Assembly: GCA_027064305.1 (NCBI GenBank)
Contig: JAMOPY010000001.1
Span: forward strand, 1-64,000
Length of the DNA stretch: 64,000 nucleotides
Reading direction: 5' to 3'
Origin: Methanobacteriota archaeon
GTDB taxonomy: Archaea; JAADCQ01; Methanopyri; Methanopyrales; Methanopyraceae
A program made the translations under genes and the position numbers. Positions 59,566 through 64,000 of the stretch are shown in pieces; the first letter of the stretch is position 1, and each line of letters begins with the position of its first letter. Below the pieces are notes generated by a model, which had not been told where the DNA came from, searched no databases, and saw nothing but the letters and a program-made list of their open reading frames with translations.

Positions 59566-61820
59566 CCCCCGCTCCCCTCACGCCCCCACAGGAATCTTCT
59601 GATCTTCCTGGCCCTCCGCTCGCCGATCCCCTCCACCCTCTTCAGCTCGCTGACCTCCGCCGTGACCACCCGGCCCACGGATCCGAACCGTTCCAGCAAC
59701 CTCCTCGCTAGTTCCGGCCCCACCCCCGGGATGCACGAGAGCATCTCCACCCTCAGGTCCTCCACGTCCCTCCTGCGCCGGGGCTGCGCGGGACGCTCGT
59801 CCCGGGCCACCCGGCGCGCCATCCGGTACAGCAGCTCGGCCGTCTCACCCGGGCCCGACGACTGCAGCACGGTCAATCCGAAGTCCACCGCCAGCGCCGC
59901 GAGCGCCCCGTCCACGGACTCCGGCTCCACCTCCCGGCGCGGGTTCCCCTCCACGATCAGCACCGGACGCTCGAACTCCCGGGCCAGCTCCCGCGCCTGA
60001 TCCATCAACCGCCCGTCCTTTAGCGACTCCGCGAAGTCCCGCTCCGACTTCCGCTCCACCCCCACCCGCTCCCCGATCACGTAGTCCGCCACCTCCAGGT
60101 TATCACGCTCCAACCTCACCGGCCGCCGCCGAAGGTGCTCCACCACCCGCGTGTTCATCTCACGGGAATCCACCACGATCGTGGGCACGTGCGGCGGGAC
60201 CCCGTCCTCCTCACCGCCCTCACGCTCCCCCGAGGTGCCTTTTTCCTTCAGGAACCGCGTCAGGGAGACCGCCCGATCGCCGCCCCGCCTCCGGACCCTA
60301 CGACCGCCACCGGAGGGACGGTCCGATCGCTCGGACCGTAGCCGCCGCTGCACCCGCCGGACCGCCTTCAGCATCCTCCGCTCCCGGGCCCTTGACACGT
60401 GGAAGTAGATCTCGTCCAGCGTGGGGAACCGGCCCCGAGACACGAGCACGTAGGCCGTGCCCGAAGACCCGTCCCTAGCCGTGCGCCCGATCCGCTGCAC
60501 GGTCCGTATCTCCGAGGGGACCGGCTCGTACAGGATCACCCGGTCGCAGGCCGGTAAGTCGAGCCCCTCCTCACCCACGCTCGTGGAGACCAGCACCCGG
60601 GCCTCCCCGGACCGGACCCGCTCGACCGCCTTCATTTGCCCCTCCTCGCCCATGTGCTGCTTGCCGAGCAGGAGCGATGCGGGCACGCCCTCCTCGCTCA
60701 GGAACCGGTGTAGGAGGCGGGCCGTGTCCACGTACTGGGTGAACACGAGGACCGTCCCCGACCCGCCCACCAGCTCCAGCACCCGGGGAAGCTTCGGGTG
60801 GTCCGGGCGCCCCCGGTTCACGGCCCGCTTCGCCACCCGCACGGCGCGCTGCAGGTCCGGGTCCCCGAGCACGCGCCGGAGCGCCAGGCCCCGCTGCCTA
60901 TCCCTCAGCCGCTCCACGTACCGGAGGAACGGTCGCGTCCCCTGCGTCTCCAGGATCTCCCGGCCCTTGGCCAGCCGGATCGCCTCCGCCACCACCCCGA
61001 GCGCTCGGGCGTAGAAGTCCGACCGCTCCCGCCTTCGGGCCTTCAGCTCCCGCAGTTCCTCACGCAGCGAGAGCAGGCGACCCGTCCAGACCCCGGAGAT
61101 TCGATCCAGGACCCCCATGTCCCGGAGCGTCTCGAGCCGGCGCCGGTACGCCCGGTGCAGCCCCTCCCGCGCCTCCTCGAACCAGTCGGGTAGCTCCACG
61201 TCCACCCACTCCACCCGCACCCGGCCCAGGTAGGGCTTCACGTCCGGATCCTCCTCCGTCTTGACGATGATCCGCTCGATCCCGAGGTTCCGCACCACCT
61301 CGTTGATCCGGTCGACGTCGGAGCCGGGCGAGGCGGTCAGGCCCACGATCAGACCGTTCAGCTCCCGGGCCACGTACACGTACGGGTACCCTCCCACGGC
61401 CCGGTGCGCCTCGTCAAAGACCGCGACCGTAAACCGGTCCGGGGAGACCCGGCCCTCGATCACGTCGTTCCGGACGACGTGCGGCGTGGCGACCACCACG
61501 TCCGCCCGCTTCCATAGGGTCCCGCGCTCGTCCGGCCGGACCCGCCCCGTCAGCGCCAGGACCTCCAGCCCCTTCGTCACCCGCTCGATGAGCCGGGCGT
61601 GCTGCTCCACGAGCGGCACGGTGGGGGCCAGCATCAGGGCCTGACCGCCGCGCTCCTCCAGCGCGCCGGCGATCGTCAGCACCCCTACGACCGTCTTCCC
61701 CAGGCCGGTGGGCATCACGACGAGGGTGTTCTCCCAGCTCTCCAGGATCTCCCGGGCCGAGTTGACCTGGTACCTGCGCCGTTCCAGCACGTCCCAGCGG
61801 ATCAGTCTCCACCTGACCAT
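59562..61820 (-). CDS. hef: Hef helicase-associated endonuclease (SF2 helicase + ERCC4/XPF nuclease + HhH)
   Basis: PTGLGKT, DEAH, TASPG, QRIGRT.R, VDSRE, ERKS, HhH pair. Confidence 0.92.
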   Translation of the reverse strand: MVRWRLIRWDVLERRRYQVNSAREILESWENTLVVMPTGLGKTVVGVLTIAGALEERGGQALMLAPTVPLVEQHARLIERVTKGLEVLALTGRVRPDERGTLWKRADVVVATPHVVRNDVIEGRVSPDRFTVAVFDEAHRAVGGYPYVYVARELNGLIVGLTASPGSDVDRINEVVRNLGIERIIVKTEEDPDVKPYLGRVRVEWVDVELPDWFEEAREGLHRAYRRRLETLRDMGVLDRISGVWTGRLLSLREELRELKARRRERSDFYARALGVVAEAIRLAKGREILETQGTRPFLRYVERLRDRQRGLALRRVLGDPDLQRAVRVAKRAVNRGRPDHPKLPRVLELVGGSGTVLVFTQYVDTARLLHRFLSEEGVPASLLLGKQHMGEEGQMKAVERVRSGEARVLVSTSVGEEGLDLPACDRVILYEPVPSEIRTVQRIGRTARDGSSGTAYVLVSRGRFPTLDEIYFHVSRARERRMLKAVRRVQRRLRSERSDRPSGGGRRVRRRGGDRAVSLTRFLKEKGTSGEREGGEEDGVPPHVPTIVVDSREMNTRVVEHLRRRPVRLERDNLEVADYVIGERVGVERKSERDFAESLKDGRLMDQARELAREFERPVLIVEGNPRREVEPESVDGALAALAVDFGLTVLQSSGPGETAELLYRMARRVARDERPAQPRRRRDVEDLRVEMLSCIPGVGPELARRLLERFGSVGRVVTAEVSELKRVEGIGERRARKIRRFLWGREGSGG

Positions 61821-62572
61821 CGTCTCAGGACCTCCTCCGCCCGCTCTCGAAACCGCCTCACGGCCTCCTCCGGGTCGTCGCACTCGGACGCGATCTCCCG
61901 GCGGATGCGGCTCAGGATCTCTCCCAACCTTTGAGAGGCCTTCCCCTCCCTCGCGGCCCTTTTCATGATCTCACCCATCGCCCTCCTGGTGGCCCGGTCG
62001 ACCTCGTCCACGGACTCCGGGTGGGGCCGGCGCTCGCGCTCCTCGGGCCGGTGCACCGAGAGCCCCGATCGGACGAACCTCAGGACCCGGTCCGTGACCT
62101 CCGGCTCGGTCAGTCGCAGCGCGCTCCGCTCCCACCACCGGTCCGGGTTCGGCGGCTCGAACCGCTCGTGCAGCCGGCGCACCACCTCGTCGGGGACGGG
62201 GCGGCCCCGGTCGGCGTTCCGCCGGAGGCACTCCTCCAGCGGCACGTCCAGCCACGCGATCCCCCACGGGACCTCCCGCTCCAGGGCCAGCCGGGCCAGC
62301 TCCCGGCGCATGCTGGCGTAGTAATTGGTGTCGTCGGCGATGACCAGGTCCAGACCCTCCTCCAGCAGCGCTTCCACGGCGCGGAGGAAGGTCCTGCGGG
62401 CGACTCCCTCGAGCCGGGGCCTGAACCGGCCCCGCCAGAGGAACCCGCGGATGGCGTCCGCCTCGACGTGCGCCACGTCCCAGCCCTTTCGGCGGAGGGA
62501 GGCGGCCAGCTCGGTCGCGAAACACGTTTTACCGGAGGCCGGTGGTCCCGCCAGGATCAGCAGCCTGGTCAC
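61802..62572 (-). CDS. pstK: L-seryl-tRNA(Sec) kinase
   Basis: [28 protein letters not shown]...WE. Confidence 0.82.
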   Translation of the reverse strand: MTRLLILAGPPASGKTCFATELAASLRRKGWDVAHVEADAIRGFLWRGRFRPRLEGVARRTFLRAVEALLEEGLDLVIADDTNYYASMRRELARLALEREVPWGIAWLDVPLEECLRRNADRGRPVPDEVVRRLHERFEPPNPDRWWERSALRLTEPEVTDRVLRFVRSGLSVHRPEERERRPHPESVDEVDRATRRAMGEIMKRAAREGKASQRLGEILSRIRREIASECDDPEEAVRRFRERAEEVLRRWSGGD

Positions 62573-62598
62573 GCGCCGTCACCCCGGGGTGGTGCGGC

Positions 62599-63597
62599 TT
62601 GGGCATTCGCGAGAGGCTGGGGGGCTCGCGCGACCCTCGGTACCTGTTCTTCGGCGGCAAGGGTGGTGTGGGCAAGACGACCTGCGCGGCCGCGACCGCG
62701 GTCTGGCTGGCGGAGCAGGAGGGTAAGGAGGTGCTCGTGGTCTCCACGGACCCGGCGCACTCGCTCTCGGACTCGTTCGACCAGGACATCGGCTCGGAGC
62801 CGACGCCCATCGAGGGCGTGGAGGGGCTGAAGGCGATCGAGATCGACCCGGAGAAGGCGGCAGAGGAGTACGTGGAGACGATGCGCCGCGTCTACGAGAT
62901 GACGGACGACGAGAGCCTGAAGGAGATGTTCGGCGGCGAGGACATGCTGAAGGAGCAGGAGGAGCTGCTGAAAAGCTCGCCCGGTATCGACGAGGCCGCG
63001 GCCTTCCAGAAGTTCATGGAGCTCATGCGGGACGACTCGTACGACGCGATCGTGTTCGACACGGCGCCCACGGGTCACACGCTGCGGTTCCTCTCCATCC
63101 CGGACACGCTGGAGCGTCAGGTTAAGACGATGATCAAGGTGCGGAAGACGCTGCGGCAGGTTAGCAGGATGCTCAAATCCATCATCCCGTTCGCGGGGGG
63201 CGAGGACGAGAGCGAGGAGGACGAGATCCTGGACAATCTGGAGCGGATGAAGGAGGAGATCGAGGAGGTGCGGGAGATCCTCAGCGACGCCTCGCAGACG
63301 GCGTTCCGGCTGGTCGTGACGCCGGAGGAGATGGCGATCTACGAGGCCCGGCGGGCACTGAGGACGCTGAACCACTACGAGATCCCGGTGGACATGATCA
63401 TCGTGAACAAGGTGATGCCGAAGCGGGCGGAGGAGTGCGAGTTCTGCCGGACGCGGCGCGAGATGGAGGAGAAGCGGTTGAAGCTGGTGGAGAAGTACTT
63501 CGGCGACAAGGACATCGTGCAGATCCCACTGTTCGCCAAGGAGGTGCGCGGGCTCGAGCGCATCCGCGAGGTGGCGGAGGTGCTGTACGGGGAGTAG
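62599..63597 (+). CDS. ArsA/GET3(TRC40)-family ATPase
   Basis: GGKGGVGKTT, STDPAHSLSD, PGIDEA, DTAPTGHTLRFL, C-terminal CEFC. Confidence 0.92.
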   Translation: MGIRERLGGSRDPRYLFFGGKGGVGKTTCAAATAVWLAEQEGKEVLVVSTDPAHSLSDSFDQDIGSEPTPIEGVEGLKAIEIDPEKAAEEYVETMRRVYEMTDDESLKEMFGGEDMLKEQEELLKSSPGIDEAAAFQKFMELMRDDSYDAIVFDTAPTGHTLRFLSIPDTLERQVKTMIKVRKTLRQVSRMLKSIIPFAGGEDESEEDEILDNLERMKEEIEEVREILSDASQTAFRLVVTPEEMAIYEARRALRTLNHYEIPVDMIIVNKVMPKRAEECEFCRTRREMEEKRLKLVEKYFGDKDIVQIPLFAKEVRGLERIREVAEVLYGE

Positions 63598-63611
63598 GTG
63601 CGGGAGCGCCG

Positions 63612-64000
63612 TTGCGCCGGTACGAGCTGCACGTTCACACGTACCTTACGGACGGGGAGCTGCTGCCGGCGGAGCTCCTCCGGCGGGCTGAGGAGCTGGA
63701 CCACGAGGTGCTGGTGTTCGCGGAGCACGTGGACCCTTCGAACCTGGAGGACGCGGTGACCCGGCTGGCGGAAGCCTGCGACCGGCTGCGTGGCCACTAC
63801 AGGACCGAGCCGGTGCCCGGGGCGGAGCTGACGCACGTCCCGCCGGGTCTGATCCCGGACCTGGCGGAGGAGGCCCGGGACCACGGGGCCGAGCTGGTCC
63901 TGGTGCACGGAGAGACGCCGGCGGAGCCCGTGAAGGAGGGAACGAACCGGGCCGCGGCGGAGTGCGATGCGGTGGACGTGCTGGCTCACCCTGGGCTCAT
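63612..64000 (+). CDS. PHP-domain phosphoesterase (partial)
   Basis: ELHVHTYLTDGELLPAEL...EHVD...GAELTHVPP...VHGET...LAHPGL. Confidence 0.85.
   Translation, partial: MRRYELHVHTYLTDGELLPAELLRRAEELDHEVLVFAEHVDPSNLEDAVTRLAEACDRLRGHYRTEPVPGAELTHVPPGLIPDLAEEARDHGAELVLVHGETPAEPVKEGTNRAAAECDAVDVLAHPGL

Overview
GC-rich hyperthermophilic methanogen chromosome, most likely a Methanopyrus. Evidence for this: C at position 8 in all three tRNA genes, an HMk-like doublet histone, a CbiZ-CobZ (CbiS) fusion and Sec-containing SelD. The histone seems to differ at several residues from my recollection of M. kandleri AV19 HMk, so this may be another strain or species. Positions 1-17 kb are an accessory region of lineage-specific membrane and secreted proteins, a decayed HEPN/MNT pair, pseudogenes, two C/D-box sRNA candidates and a CobN/ChlH-type chelatase. 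The rest is housekeeping: leuS, an Hmd paralog, cca, thpR, selD with its SECIS, thyA, pdxS, cbi/cob genes, the HMGCS-thiolase-DUF35 triad, cfbD, tRNA-Glu (two introns), tRNA-Arg, tRNA-Ser, rpoF, rpl21e, pgk-phi-tpi-rpiA, carB2, prs, atpB/D, histone, hef, pstK and an ArsA-family ATPase. Four signals stand out. (1) Three secreted proteins share a C-terminal tail (Gly linker, PVxPxxPx, Arg cluster, no TM helix) that looks like an undescribed sorting signal. (2) A ~27-bp AT-rich palindrome recurs right after all three tRNA genes and two protein genes. (3) Six head-to-head gene pairs have 14-29-bp spacers holding only two Shine-Dalgarno sites. (4) An unannotated 46-aa membrane ORF ends the atpBD run. 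All product calls come from motif recognition; no database search was run.
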